This document shows positions 46,730 through 57,905 of a stretch of DNA of 64,000 nt, in pieces (position 1 is the stretch's first letter; each line of letters opens with the position of its first letter). The DNA is from an uncultured Desulfosarcina sp. (GTDB taxonomy: Bacteria; Desulfobacterota; Desulfobacteria; Desulfobacterales; Desulfosarcinaceae): assembly GCA_963674945.2 (NCBI GenBank), contig CAXXWQ010000004.1, positions 1,856,001 through 1,920,000 on the forward strand, read 5' to 3'. The notes under the pieces are model-generated. The model was not told where the DNA came from. It saw nothing but the letters and a program-made list of their open reading frames with translations, and did no database searches. The translations under genes and the position numbers were made by a program.

Positions 46730-48330
46730 CCCGTCCCCTCCTGGAAATCCGTGACCTTTCCATCGACTTTGCATCCGGCGATACCGTGACCCATGCGGTG
46801 CAAAGCGTCGATTTCAGCGTAGACAAGGGTGAAACACTGGCCCTGGTGGGCGAATCCGGATCGGGCAAAACCGTGACGGCGATGTCCATCATCCGGCTCC
46901 TGCCATCGAACGCACGCTATGTGTCGGGAGAGATCCGGCTCAAGGACGAAGAGATGCTTGGTGCAGATGATGAGATCCTGCGTAAGGCCCGTGGCGACAC
47001 CGTAGGGATGGTCTTCCAGGAACCCATGAGTTCACTCAACCCGCTTCACACGGTGCACAATCAGATCGCCGAGGTCATCGCCAACCATCGCCCCATGAAC
47101 CGACAGCAAATGCGGGAAAGAGTAATCGAGTTGTTGCTCCTGGTCGGCATCCCCGATGCCGAAAAACGGCTCGGTGCCTTTCCCCATGAGCTCTCCGGCG
47201 GCCAGCGCCAGCGGGTGATGATCGCCATGGCACTGGCCAACGACCCAGAGCTGCTGATCGCCGACGAGCCCACCACGGCCTTGGACGTCACCATCCAGGT
47301 CCAGGTCATGGAACTGCTCGCAGACATTCAAAAACGTCTTGGGATGGCCGTGCTGTTGATCAGTCATGATCTGTCCATGGTGCGACGCATGGCCGACCGG
47401 GTGGCGGTGATGAAGGAAGGACGCATCGTCGAGACGGCCGGGCGGCAACAGCTCTTTTCCATGCCCCAGCATGCCTACACACGCCGGCTGATCGATGCCG
47501 AGCCGTCCGGACGTCCCGCCGGTAACATCCAGGACGCACCCGAACTTTTAGCCGTCGAGGACCTGAAGGTCCACTTTCCCATCAAAAAAGGTGTCTTCAA
47601 GCGAACCGTCGACCACGTGCGCGCCGTGGACGGGGTCTCTGTCTGCATTCGCCGGGGAGAATCCTTGGGTGTGGTGGGAGAATCGGGCTCGGGCAAATCG
47701 ACCCTGGCTTATGCCGTGCTGCGATTGCTCAAGGAAGCCGTGGGGCCCATCCGGTTCGACGGAACGCGCCTGGACACCTTACACAGGCGGGCCATGCAAC
47801 CCCATCGACGGGAAATCCAGGCGGTATTTCAGGATCCCTTCGGCTCCCTCTCCCCGCGCATGCCCATCCGTGACATCATCGCCGAAGGCCTTCGCATTCA
47901 CGCCATCGGTGACGAGGACGAACGCGATCGGCAGGTGGTTGCGGCCATGGAGGAGGTGGGGCTCGATCCCGAACTTCGCCACCGCTATCCCCACGAATTT
48001 TCCGGCGGACAGCGCCAGCGGGTGGCCATCGCCCGCGTCCTCGTGCTCAAACCGAAACTGGTTATCCTCGATGAACCCACCTCTTCTTTGGACCGCACGG
48101 TTCAATTCCAGGTGATCGAACTCTTACGCCGGCTCCAGCGCGAGCACGATCTTGCCTACCTGTTCATTACCCACGATTTGAAGGTGGTCAAGGCCCTGTG
48201 CCACACGATCATTGTAATGAAAAACGGGAAAGTGGCCGAAGCCGGCGATGCCGATGAGATATTTCAATCCCCCCGGGCCGAAACCACCCGAGAACTATTA
48301 CGTGCCGCTTTTTCCGAATACCGGGAATAG
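46726..48330 (+). CDS. yejF: Peptide ABC transporter double ATPase
   Basis: Two GESGSGK Walker A motifs and two SGGQRQR signatures. Confidence 0.9.
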   Translation: MTRPLLEIRDLSIDFASGDTVTHAVQSVDFSVDKGETLALVGESGSGKTVTAMSIIRLLPSNARYVSGEIRLKDEEMLGADDEILRKARGDTVGMVFQEPMSSLNPLHTVHNQIAEVIANHRPMNRQQMRERVIELLLLVGIPDAEKRLGAFPHELSGGQRQRVMIAMALANDPELLIADEPTTALDVTIQVQVMELLADIQKRLGMAVLLISHDLSMVRRMADRVAVMKEGRIVETAGRQQLFSMPQHAYTRRLIDAEPSGRPAGNIQDAPELLAVEDLKVHFPIKKGVFKRTVDHVRAVDGVSVCIRRGESLGVVGESGSGKSTLAYAVLRLLKEAVGPIRFDGTRLDTLHRRAMQPHRREIQAVFQDPFGSLSPRMPIRDIIAEGLRIHAIGDEDERDRQVVAAMEEVGLDPELRHRYPHEFSGGQRQRVAIARVLVLKPKLVILDEPTSSLDRTVQFQVIELLRRLQREHDLAYLFITHDLKVVKALCHTIIVMKNGKVAEAGDADEIFQSPRAETTRELLRAAFSEYRE

Positions 48331-48693
48331 AAACGAGTTTATTGCATGCGATTGTGTGGCCATGCCTGGCTTGACGTAAAACAGTTTATGGTTTTGTGAG
48401 TTCATTGTGAATGTTACCGCTTTGAGCAGCATACAGATAGATGGAAACCATGATTTTTCTTTCTCCCCCCTTCTCTTTAAACCATTCTTCATTTCCCTAA
48501 AGCGTTTCCCGCTTCAGACCATCGTCAAACACTGGAAGATAGACGACGTCGACGATCATCAGAGAATTGATCGGCAGAATCATTCCGGCCCACATGGCGG
48601 TGCCCATTTGATTCATATGGAAAGGATAAGGGGTGAACCCATTCCTTGTTGTCTTGACTTTGATCCATTTAATATCTAATTTCAAAACTATAT

Positions 48694-51074
48694 ATTCAGA
48701 ACACTGCATCTCCGGGAAAACTATGTGACACCTCCGGCATGATTTGAGGTGCTGCAGCCATTTAGTTCGAATATCATTTGCAGCTCGGTACCGGGGTATT
48801 TTACCTGCGCACTGTTCAGATGCGCAAACAGTTGGCAAAGAGCCCGATTGGCCGCTGGGAACGAAGCGCCGTGCAATCGTATATTCAATTGCTGATTTTC
48901 AATATCGGGCAGTACATCGCCTTCGGTCTGGAACAGTGTCTGGAGAAGACTCCGTGCATCCGACGAGTTTACCGTCGGACCCGTGAGCAACCCAACCATT
49001 GCCGTCTCTGCACGATATGCAATCATACGAACCGTGTCCATCAGGCGTTTTCTGCCCGGTTGTAAACGTAAAAATTTATCTTTTGCTTCAAGTTCTCCCC
49101 ACGTGATGTGTTTACTTGTCTGTTTTCGTTTTTCTTTCAACTCGCTGAGTTGATACTCCATCTTTTCGATTTCTTCTAACAGCTCGGCCTTTTTCTCTAT
49201 CCACTTCTTAAACTTTACCGGTTTGTCTTCATTTTCAGGGTGAATGGTCATCTCGGCAAAACAGGCACGACGATATCGTAGCTTGTTCTGCAACGAATTA
49301 CGGGATTGATTCAATTGCCGCCAAACGGGGTTGATTACCCGTTCGGTATCAGGAAATTCAACGACACCATAATCTAAAAGCACATCGATATCAAAATGTT
49401 GCATCATATAGTTGAAAAAGTTTTCCTGACACCACCGGCTGAACATGCGTGCTGCCAATTGAGTATGCGGCAAATCGAAAGCGGTGCTGATTACGCTGGT
49501 CTGGTGTCCGGAATCGGTCAGTTTTCGCACTTGTCGCATCCATGTTGCACCCTTACCAGATCCCACCAAACTACCCATTTCGCAAAGCCGCATCTTCACC
49601 ACCTCTTTGTTTGGCATCGCAACTTCATGCTCGGTGAACCAATGCTCCGGCCATGATTCACCAGGATGCTTATGATACGTCATGCAGCCGATTCGATGGC
49701 GATCCCACATTTCCTTGAAGAATGCGGGACTATATCCTTCCCTGTCGAAAACAAGAACGAACCGGCATAAACATGGGTTCTCTTGTAGTTGCTGCAAACC
49801 GGGTTGATTCGGAACGTCTTGCAACAACCGGGGAACGATATCGTCTCTTAAAACCGCCAATAATCCAGGATCGATCTGCTTTTCGACGACAAAAAAAGGT
49901 CGGCCAATCGCATCGTTAACCCAATAGTCGGTAATGCCCCTCATGCACAATCGTTCCCGGGACACGTAGCGGCGCGGTAGTCGGGTCAATTTTCCATGAT
50001 AAACACGTACATGCCCGTCAACATAAAGCGCGCCAACCGATTCGGGCGCCTGTTCCATCCAGTATTTACCGAGGTATGCGGCCCACTTTTCCGCGCCGTG
50101 GTCTGCGCTCAACGCATCCATCTTGTAACGCAAACAGCGAACCTCCGGTGCACGATCCAAGCCCAATAACTTACCAAATTCTCCCGGAGCATGGCCTCGT
50201 ATTTTTTCTGTCGTCTTGATCCTGCATAAGGCCATAAACGAAAGCAGCAACAAGACATGAAAGATCGTGTAATAGCCTTTGACTTGGCCGAGGAACTGTT
50301 TTGCGCCGGTAAACAACCCGTTTGCCACCAATGACGGTATCGCACAAAGAACGCCTGCTTTGGGAACGTCCAGGCATCTGTCAAAACGAACCGGCGCACC
50401 AACCATTTTGCCCAATGATGCCAATATGCGTTCCCCGACTCGGTTGCAAGCCGTCCCCATACCATCGGCAGCAGCCATGTCGACCATGTCCCGATCTGAT
50501 TTGGTTAGACACGGTTCACCAATCCTTGATTCGATTAACCGACCATCATCTATAGCTTTGCGAAACGTATCGTATTTAATGCCAAGTTCCAGGGCGGCAT
50601 CTTTTTTCGAGCACCCTTGATCCAGTAAACGTTGGGCTTGTTCAAGCACCTCAGGTTTGAAAACCTTGCCGCCGCGTCGTCCCCGCCGCTGAACGAAAAA
50701 TGCCTCGGCGCCGCCGGACCTGAGTTTGTTCACGGATCGGATGACATTGCTCTTGGATACGCCGAATGTGTTTTGGATATCGATCTGGCGGCAAGCTCCG
50801 GATTCAACCAGTTGGGCTGTTATCATCCGAAACATTCGTTGATCGCCTTGTCTGTGAGAATAAATCGGAACGGTCGATAGAAAATAGGTCCAGGTCGTAT
50901 CGTCACGAAATACACTGACAAGCCCGTTGATTTGTCTTGCACCCCGAGGAATAAGTGGTAGTATCTGTTGAGGCATGGCATCCTTTTCCTTTCATTTATC
51001 CGCCAAGATAATAAGGTTAAAGGTGCCATGTTCATTTTCCGGTTGCAATACCTTACCGGCCTGCTGGATTCAGA
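48694..51074 (-). mobile_element. Insertion-sequence-like element (ends tentative)
   Basis: Carries a 751-aa transposase. ATTCAGA direct repeats sit at 48694-48700 and 51068-51074. No clear terminal inverted repeat was seen. Confidence 0.55.
48721..50976 (-). CDS. Large putative DDE transposase with N-terminal HTH domains
   Basis: HTH region; YVDGHVRVYHG, VFDREGYS and RW.QENFF motifs. Confidence 0.82.
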   Translation of the reverse strand: MPQQILPLIPRGARQINGLVSVFRDDTTWTYFLSTVPIYSHRQGDQRMFRMITAQLVESGACRQIDIQNTFGVSKSNVIRSVNKLRSGGAEAFFVQRRGRRGGKVFKPEVLEQAQRLLDQGCSKKDAALELGIKYDTFRKAIDDGRLIESRIGEPCLTKSDRDMVDMAAADGMGTACNRVGERILASLGKMVGAPVRFDRCLDVPKAGVLCAIPSLVANGLFTGAKQFLGQVKGYYTIFHVLLLLSFMALCRIKTTEKIRGHAPGEFGKLLGLDRAPEVRCLRYKMDALSADHGAEKWAAYLGKYWMEQAPESVGALYVDGHVRVYHGKLTRLPRRYVSRERLCMRGITDYWVNDAIGRPFFVVEKQIDPGLLAVLRDDIVPRLLQDVPNQPGLQQLQENPCLCRFVLVFDREGYSPAFFKEMWDRHRIGCMTYHKHPGESWPEHWFTEHEVAMPNKEVVKMRLCEMGSLVGSGKGATWMRQVRKLTDSGHQTSVISTAFDLPHTQLAARMFSRWCQENFFNYMMQHFDIDVLLDYGVVEFPDTERVINPVWRQLNQSRNSLQNKLRYRRACFAEMTIHPENEDKPVKFKKWIEKKAELLEEIEKMEYQLSELKEKRKQTSKHITWGELEAKDKFLRLQPGRKRLMDTVRMIAYRAETAMVGLLTGPTVNSSDARSLLQTLFQTEGDVLPDIENQQLNIRLHGASFPAANRALCQLFAHLNSAQVKYPGTELQMIFELNGCSTSNHAGGVT

Positions 51075-51305
51075 CTCCTATCTTTCTGTTTTTCAACCAC
51101 TTACATTATGTTTTGCTTGCCATATGCAACAATTAGGAAATCAAGTTTCCTGATATTGGATTCCTTAACCGATTGATCAATCATTCCCATTGATTGGACC
51201 AGAACTAAGTAGGAGTTGTCCTGCGTGCGTCTTCTGGTCCAATTCGGGTGTTTGTACGGGTTGCATGTTGCGTTCAATATCGATTTCGAAAGGTAATGGG
51301 CAGTC

Positions 51306-52811
51306 ATGCGCAAACGTATGAAAAAAATCCTGACGCTGTATGATTCGGCGATCGAGGCCGAGAAAAGATTCGAATTTCAGAATGCGAAGAAATATTACAG
51401 AAAGATCGCATCACTATACCCCGGCAGTACTGAAGCGCAAATTGCAGAAGAGAGAATCGAGGATCTCGACGCCTTGAGCAATGAAAAGCGCATCTACCGC
51501 CGCATCGATCGGAATGCCAGGAGATTATTGACGGAGATCGGCATTGATATCAGCAACAGCTCGGCTTTGATGGAACTGTTAATGGAAGCCGACGCCATCG
51601 ATCTGGATAGCAATCATGCCTTATTCATTCCATTAAGAGAAGATTATCTGGATTATTGCCTGGACCTGGTCCCCACCGATATGTCTGAAGACCCGGGTGG
51701 AAATGCCTTCGGAACCGGGGCTACTCCGCCGTTCTTGCTCCGTCCGGGGCGAGACGATCTTGCACCGGCCAACCACGTGGAATTTGAAGCGATTGTCGAT
51801 ACGGCCTGCCAGTTTACGGACAGCCTGGGTATCTTCAGCTTGCCGGTAGCCACCGATCATTCCATTTCAGATTTTGAGTGTGCAACATTGATGGATCGTT
51901 TTCCAGATCTTAAAATGACGCACACGGTGCACATGTCCGATGAAGAAGCAGCGCTTTTAAGTGACCGGGACGACTGGCTTGACGGTACAAGCCTCATCAC
52001 ATCACTGACATTCATGCCTTCGATGGTTGAACCGTTTTTAAGAAGCGTTCGGCTGGGAAACAACCTCTTGCTGCTCGACTTGACCATTGCCGGCTCAACC
52101 GGACCATTGAGCCCGGAAGCGCTGCTCACGCAGGTTCACGCCCAGGTTCTTTTCATGATGGTATTGGCGCAGACCGTCAACCCCGGCTTGACCTGTGTAC
52201 ACGGCGGCATCCCGGATGTGCTGGGCATCGGCGGAGATCTGAGCTACAGCGATCCCGGTCAACCGATCATCAACTCGGCCATGGCGCGATTGAACATGTG
52301 GGTAACGGGCTACCCCACTGCTCAGTCAGGCGGCAGCACCAGTATTATTGATGATATTCAGGCGGCAGTAGAGGAGTCCGAGCTGAGTCGAAACACATTG
52401 CGCGAATACGGTGTACACATCTTGCGTCACGCCATGGGTTCGCTGGGCAGTCTTAATTATTTCAGCCTGGAAAAATTTATAGAGGATTGCAAAAGGGAAA
52501 GGGCGGCACGTAAGATATGGCTCGGGAAACGCCATGATTTTTTCGTTCCCCTCTATGTGCCGGAAGACAAGAACGTAGTGAGCGGCATCCGGGAAATCGC
52601 GGAAAAGGGTGGGCCGAAAAACGCGGATCACACGCTGAATAATGTGGGCGCCTTTTTCAAATGGCGTCAGAAACTGATCGATGCCAGTCAAAGGAAGGAG
52701 TATTTTCCTGAATTGCCCAATACTGTCCGCAGAGAAAGGGATCAACTGAACCGTGCCTCCCGTGCCGACAGTGCCGCCCAGTTGCAGGAAACGTTTTTCG
52801 TGAATGAATAG
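51306..52811 (+). CDS. Trimethylamine methyltransferase (MttB) superfamily protein, non-pyrrolysine, with an N-terminal TPR-like extension
   Basis: FGTG, IAGSTGPLS.EALL.Q.HA..L...VLAQ.VNPG, H..GSL.S...FS.EKF..D; no in-frame TAG. Confidence 0.7.
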   Translation: MRKRMKKILTLYDSAIEAEKRFEFQNAKKYYRKIASLYPGSTEAQIAEERIEDLDALSNEKRIYRRIDRNARRLLTEIGIDISNSSALMELLMEADAIDLDSNHALFIPLREDYLDYCLDLVPTDMSEDPGGNAFGTGATPPFLLRPGRDDLAPANHVEFEAIVDTACQFTDSLGIFSLPVATDHSISDFECATLMDRFPDLKMTHTVHMSDEEAALLSDRDDWLDGTSLITSLTFMPSMVEPFLRSVRLGNNLLLLDLTIAGSTGPLSPEALLTQVHAQVLFMMVLAQTVNPGLTCVHGGIPDVLGIGGDLSYSDPGQPIINSAMARLNMWVTGYPTAQSGGSTSIIDDIQAAVEESELSRNTLREYGVHILRHAMGSLGSLNYFSLEKFIEDCKRERAARKIWLGKRHDFFVPLYVPEDKNVVSGIREIAEKGGPKNADHTLNNVGAFFKWRQKLIDASQRKEYFPELPNTVRRERDQLNRASRADSAAQLQETFFVNE

Positions 52812-53236
52812 AAACTTCAAAAAATGCGAGAATGACGATGGGTATAAGAATCTATATGGCCCATCGTTCACGAAGCTTCAAGAACGGCAAACAAGAATTC
52901 AAATCCAAAATCGTTATGCTAACTATGGAGAATTTTGTTCCTTTTCTCATTTTCCTTAAATCGACCGGTCCGTGAGATCCTGCGATTCATCGGTCTATTT
53001 TTACTCATGAGAAAAATAGCCATGAAGTTCGAACCGAAATTCTCTAATTTATAGATAAAATGAAAATTTCTCTTCCGCAAGATACAGGATTTGGAATTTT
53101 ATCCTTTCTTTCCAGTAAATTACGATCTTTATTTTCTCATTGAAATCCGATTTCAGCGATCACATTGGTTGCTTTGTAGTAGAGATTATATTATAAAATC
53201 TATCTGTGCCAAGATATCGATTTCAGGAACCCGACA

Positions 53237-55915
53237 ATGTCCTCCGATAAGACCGACATACCCCTTTTGCAAACCAAGCTGCACAAGCCGCCTGTGGTTA
53301 CAGACCACCTGCTCCGGCAACAGTTGTTGGACCATCTCAACCGGCACCGGCAAAGGCCGCTGACCCTGGTTTTGGCCCCTGCAGGGTATGGCAAAAGCAC
53401 GCTTGTGAGCTATTGGTTGGATACGTGTGGTACTCCCGGCGGATGGATATCATTAGACGAAAGTGATAACGATCTTCGATCATTTACGGCTTACTTGATA
53501 GCCGCCGTCCAACGTCTTTTCCCCGGGGCATGCCGTAGAACGCAAATCATGATCAACAGTCCAAATCTTCCTCCCCTGAAGAGATTGCGTTCCACATTGA
53601 TCAATGAATTGGATCAAATCGAATCCCCCTGTATCATCGTGCTGGATGATTATCATCTTATCGATGAAACCGCGGTACACGATTTAATGACCGAGTTATT
53701 GAAAAATACCCCGCAATCCTTGCATCTGGTAATCATCGGCCGGCGGGATCCCCTTTTGCCGATTTCCGCGCTCCGTGCCAAGAGTCTTGTCACGGAGATC
53801 CGAACCAGGGATCTGTGTCTAAACCACCTTGAAACCGCAGAATTTTTGAGAATATTGCTTCATCAACGAATCGATTCAAAAATCGCCGCGGCCTTGAGAG
53901 AGAAAACGGAGGGGTGGATAACCGGACTGCATCTGGCTGCCATTTCCCTGCGTCGTATGGATCATCCCGAACCCAAATTGCTCGAAGCGCACTCGGAAGC
54001 CCACTATGTGATGGAATATCTGTTCGACGAGGCCTACGCAAGGCAATCACCGGTTATCAGACAATACCTTTTGGGATGCGCCATTCTGGATCGCTTTTGT
54101 GCATCGTTGTGCGAGGCGGTGTGCCTGCCGGAAACAGAAATGCTTTCATCCAAACTGACCGGCGGGGAGTATATTGCCTGGCTGCAAAAAGAAAACTTGT
54201 TCCTCATCCCACTGGACGCCGAAAACCGGTGGTTTCGCTTACATCATCTGTTTCGAAAACTGCTCTTGGAACAATTAACACATCGTTACAACTCCGAGGA
54301 AATCAACGCCCTCCACGCCAGGGCCAGTGCATGGTATGCCGATGAAGGGTTGATCACGGAAGCCATCCGACATGCTCTGGCGGCCGGTGATGAAACAGGA
54401 GCCGCGCAACTGGTTGTGCAGAATCGACTTGCCGTTTTAGACAATGAAAAATGGTTCGTCCTCGAGAAATGGTTGTCCATGTTACCCGATGCCATTATTC
54501 GGAAACAGCCGGAGCTCTTGATGGCACAGGCGTGGATTCACCATTATCATTACAATTACGGTTTCATCCCACCGATTCTCGATGCCATTGGGTCATTATT
54601 GCACCATCAGCAAGCGGAAGACCTGCTTTACGGAGAGATCTATTATTTCAAAGCTGTATTTTGTCTGAGTCAAGGCAAGGACGCAGAAAGCCTCACACTC
54701 CTGGAAAATTCGATAGAGCGGATTCCTGAGACACAAAACTTTATGCGGGGTTCGGCAGAACTTCATTTCGCAATAGCGGCTCAGATGCAAGGCCAGAAAG
54801 AGAGGGCTGTACATTTACTGACGGACCTGCTTCAAAACCGACAGCTGGGAAATGCACGGAAGGTCCGTGTGCTGTACGCACTTGTTTTCGTGTACATTCT
54901 CTCCGGAAATCTTTCGGTCGCATTTACCCTGAATCAGCAATTAAAAACATTCGCCGCCAGCATCAATTCTACCCACTACATTGCACGGAGTTCATATTTT
55001 TCAGGACTAATCCACTATTGCCGAAATGAATTAGACCTATCCCTTGACCATCTGGGCAAGGGCGCAGAACTCTCCGGCGCCGTTACAACCAGGCTAAACG
55101 TCGACTGTATGGCAGCGCTGGCGTTGACCTATCAGGCAGCGCATCAAACGGACAAGGCCGGTGCAACATTGGAACATCTCGCTGAATTTGTCCGTTTTCT
55201 CAACAACCCGGCCTTGTTGAATATCGTATATTCTTGCAAGATGCATTTGTCGCTGATGAAAGAAAAAGCATCCTTATCACAGGGTCCGGTAAGCAAAAAG
55301 AAAGTACTGCATGAAAAAACCATATATTTCTTTCTGGAGGTTCCAACCCTCACGCATTGTAGAGTACTCATTGAAGACGGATCGGAGGCAAGCCTTCAGG
55401 AAGCTGAGAATATACTCCTAAAACTACTGCGTTTGTGCGAATCGCAGCGCAACACCTTCCAGATGATCTTTATCATGCCTTTCCTGGCATTGGCGTATGA
55501 GAAGCAGAGTCGACGCGACAAGGCCCTGACAGTTCTGGAAGAAGCCGTCAATATGGCATGCCCGGGGGGATTCGTCCGGCCATTTGTCGAAGCGGGTCCG
55601 GATTTGAAAACTCCCTTGAAGCAGCTGGCTGAAAAAAATGTCGCCGTTGCGTATATCGGTCGGATTCTGGCCGCCGTGGCACCAACTGACCGGCAGACGT
55701 CCTCGGTCGCCCTCACACTGGATGGCCACCTGACAAATCGCGAGTATGATATTCTCGAACTGCTGGCAAAGCGGCTGCGAAACAAGGAAATCGCTGAAAA
55801 ACTTTTCATCTCGGCGCATACGGTGAACACGCATCTGAAAAACATCTACCGCAAGCTTGACGCCAAAAGCCGAATAGAAGCCGTTGCCAGGGCCAAAGAC
55901 CTTGGTCTTTTGTGA
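53237..55915 (+). CDS. MalT-like STAND/LuxR transcriptional regulator
   Basis: TKLHKP, APAGYGKST, VLDDYH, TEGW, C-terminal LT.RE...NKEIA..L.IS..TV..H. Confidence 0.92.
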   Translation: MSSDKTDIPLLQTKLHKPPVVTDHLLRQQLLDHLNRHRQRPLTLVLAPAGYGKSTLVSYWLDTCGTPGGWISLDESDNDLRSFTAYLIAAVQRLFPGACRRTQIMINSPNLPPLKRLRSTLINELDQIESPCIIVLDDYHLIDETAVHDLMTELLKNTPQSLHLVIIGRRDPLLPISALRAKSLVTEIRTRDLCLNHLETAEFLRILLHQRIDSKIAAALREKTEGWITGLHLAAISLRRMDHPEPKLLEAHSEAHYVMEYLFDEAYARQSPVIRQYLLGCAILDRFCASLCEAVCLPETEMLSSKLTGGEYIAWLQKENLFLIPLDAENRWFRLHHLFRKLLLEQLTHRYNSEEINALHARASAWYADEGLITEAIRHALAAGDETGAAQLVVQNRLAVLDNEKWFVLEKWLSMLPDAIIRKQPELLMAQAWIHHYHYNYGFIPPILDAIGSLLHHQQAEDLLYGEIYYFKAVFCLSQGKDAESLTLLENSIERIPETQNFMRGSAELHFAIAAQMQGQKERAVHLLTDLLQNRQLGNARKVRVLYALVFVYILSGNLSVAFTLNQQLKTFAASINSTHYIARSSYFSGLIHYCRNELDLSLDHLGKGAELSGAVTTRLNVDCMAALALTYQAAHQTDKAGATLEHLAEFVRFLNNPALLNIVYSCKMHLSLMKEKASLSQGPVSKKKVLHEKTIYFFLEVPTLTHCRVLIEDGSEASLQEAENILLKLLRLCESQRNTFQMIFIMPFLALAYEKQSRRDKALTVLEEAVNMACPGGFVRPFVEAGPDLKTPLKQLAEKNVAVAYIGRILAAVAPTDRQTSSVALTLDGHLTNREYDILELLAKRLRNKEIAEKLFISAHTVNTHLKNIYRKLDAKSRIEAVARAKDLGLL

Positions 55916-56137
55916 CCAGACCGCCGACACATTTTTTACAGAGGTCTTTCCACCTGATTTTTTCCTTTTCCCCTACCATCGCCGGTACTTTTACAGCACC
56001 CGATTCTACCGGATCGAAATAAATATCCCTTAAAAATACCCTGGGATGAGGGATGAAACGTCCATCAAATTGCATTAGGGAACCCAACTGAATGATTGAA
56101 GCAAGGCGAACCGGTCAAGGGGGAGGTGACCTAAACC

Positions 56138-56416
56138 GTGCAATCGGAATTCATCGAAAAATCCAACGGTTTTTCAATGCCGGCCACATACAGCATCCAC
56201 GTCGAGGGATTGCTGGATGAGCGTTGGCCTGAACGGCTTGGCGGTATGAATGTCGAGACGATCAAAGAGAATCATCTGCCCCTTATGACAGTACTGAGCG
56301 GTCGATTGACGGATCAGGCGGAACTGCTCGGCGTGTTGAATGCTCTCTATAATCTTCGGGTAACATTATTGGCTGTCAGGCGCCAGGATGAACCGCAAAC
56401 GAAAAAGTATCGGTAG
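56138..56416 (+). CDS. Small hypothetical protein of the kind that often accompanies MalT-like regulators
   Basis: YSIHVEG.LD.RW...L.G.L.DQA.L.GVL..L; GGAGG RBS. Confidence 0.7.
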   Translation: MQSEFIEKSNGFSMPATYSIHVEGLLDERWPERLGGMNVETIKENHLPLMTVLSGRLTDQAELLGVLNALYNLRVTLLAVRRQDEPQTKKYR

Positions 56417-56422
56417 AAACGC

Positions 56423-57829
56423 ATGCGAAATACACCAGCCCCCAACATCCTTTTGGTAGAAGACGACGCACCGACGAAAGACAGTGTTTGTGGCCTTCTT
56501 CGTTCATACGGCTATCATGCCCAAACGAGCAATAACCTGCATAGTACCTTGGATCACATTTCCAACACAGTCTATGATCTCATCGTGATAGACCTTCAAA
56601 TGGAAGATCGAAACGGATTTGCCGTCATGGACCATATGAAAAAAAATGAGATCGATTCCCGTGTCATCGTAATCGCCGGAGAACAGTCCGAAAAAGAAGT
56701 GATCACTGCCTTTAAAAAAGGGGCTTTTGACTGTTTTACAAAACCTCTTGCGCCGGATGAACTCATTGAATCGACCCAAAAAGCAATCGATTCCATCAAG
56801 CAGCAGCGTAAAAACAAATGGATGCTGAATACCATCCTTGCCAGCCGGGAGCGATATCGCAGTGTCGTCGACCGTCAAAAAGAGTATGTTCTCCTGTTGG
56901 ATAAAGACTACAAGATTTCCTTCATTAACAGAACGTACGCGGACTATTTGGGGTCCGAGCCAAAAGAACTGGTCGGCTGTCGCTATAAAACCCTGGCCCA
57001 GAAATCAACCCATACCCTTCTGTTCAGTACGCTTGACGATGTAAGAGCCGGTTCAACAGCCATGACTGTTGCGTTTCAGGTACTTGACACAAAAGGACGA
57101 AAACAATGGCAGGAATGGGATTTTAGTGGAATTTCAGGTAACAACGGGCAAGTGTGTGAAATCCACTGTGTTGGACGGGATATAACCGAACAGATGATTC
57201 GGACGGATAAAATCGATGGTAAAAAGGAAAAATTTCGCCAAATCGCTGCGTCTACCAGTGATTGGCTGTGGGAAATTGACGAGAACAATCTCTATACCTA
57301 CGTGAGTCCGGTGGTGTTTGGTCTTTTGGGCTATCGACCGGAAGAGTTGATCGGTAAAAGTCCTTTCGATTTCATGCCTGCAAATGAAGCAAAGCGGATG
57401 AAACGAATCTTTCAGGAATCAAAGGCAGTGGGAAAACCATTCGTAAACATCGAAAATATTAATCTGCATAAAAATGGCTCCAAAATAGCCCTGAGGACCA
57501 ATGGTGTGCCGATTTTTGACCCATCGGGGGCGGTCATTGGGTATCGTGGAATAGACCGCAACGTTACAGTCAGAAAAATGGCAGAGGAAAGTCTTTCCAA
57601 AAGGGCAACCTGCCGAAAAAATCTGTCCATAATGGACGGCAGAAGATCAGATCGCCTGATTCCCATCTGTACGTCATGCAAGATGGTCAGAGATGGAAAC
57701 AATTCCTGGAACCAGATTGAGGACTACATGGAAGATCACTTCAACTTTGCGTTCAGCCGTGGCATTTGCCCTGAGTGTGTAAAAAAATGGTATCCGGAGG
57801 TGTTTGTGAGCGAAGAAATGGAAGGATAG
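56423..57829 (+). CDS. Response regulator: receiver + 2 PAS + C-terminal Cys-rich (Zn-ribbon-like) domain
   Basis: ILLVEDD/DLQM/KP receiver; two PAS/PAC domains; IPICTSCK...RGICPEC. Confidence 0.85.
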   Translation: MRNTPAPNILLVEDDAPTKDSVCGLLRSYGYHAQTSNNLHSTLDHISNTVYDLIVIDLQMEDRNGFAVMDHMKKNEIDSRVIVIAGEQSEKEVITAFKKGAFDCFTKPLAPDELIESTQKAIDSIKQQRKNKWMLNTILASRERYRSVVDRQKEYVLLLDKDYKISFINRTYADYLGSEPKELVGCRYKTLAQKSTHTLLFSTLDDVRAGSTAMTVAFQVLDTKGRKQWQEWDFSGISGNNGQVCEIHCVGRDITEQMIRTDKIDGKKEKFRQIAASTSDWLWEIDENNLYTYVSPVVFGLLGYRPEELIGKSPFDFMPANEAKRMKRIFQESKAVGKPFVNIENINLHKNGSKIALRTNGVPIFDPSGAVIGYRGIDRNVTVRKMAEESLSKRATCRKNLSIMDGRRSDRLIPICTSCKMVRDGNNSWNQIEDYMEDHFNFAFSRGICPECVKKWYPEVFVSEEMEG

Positions 57830-57905
57830 CCAACCTCCCGACAAATCGGTTCACAACGGATCAACCGCCTCATTTCCGGCACAACGCACGGAGAGAACCC
57901 TATAA

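Noticed and set aside
48407..48838. Short ORFs downstream of the transposase
   Set aside because: Overlapping frames on both strands with no recognisable motif or RBS
51090..51120. dif-like site (ACATTATGTT)
   Set aside because: Only part of the XerD arm matches and there is no XerC arm
51306..52811. Pyrrolysine recoding in the MttB gene
   Set aside because: The ORF is open with no internal TAG, and there are no pyl genes in the window
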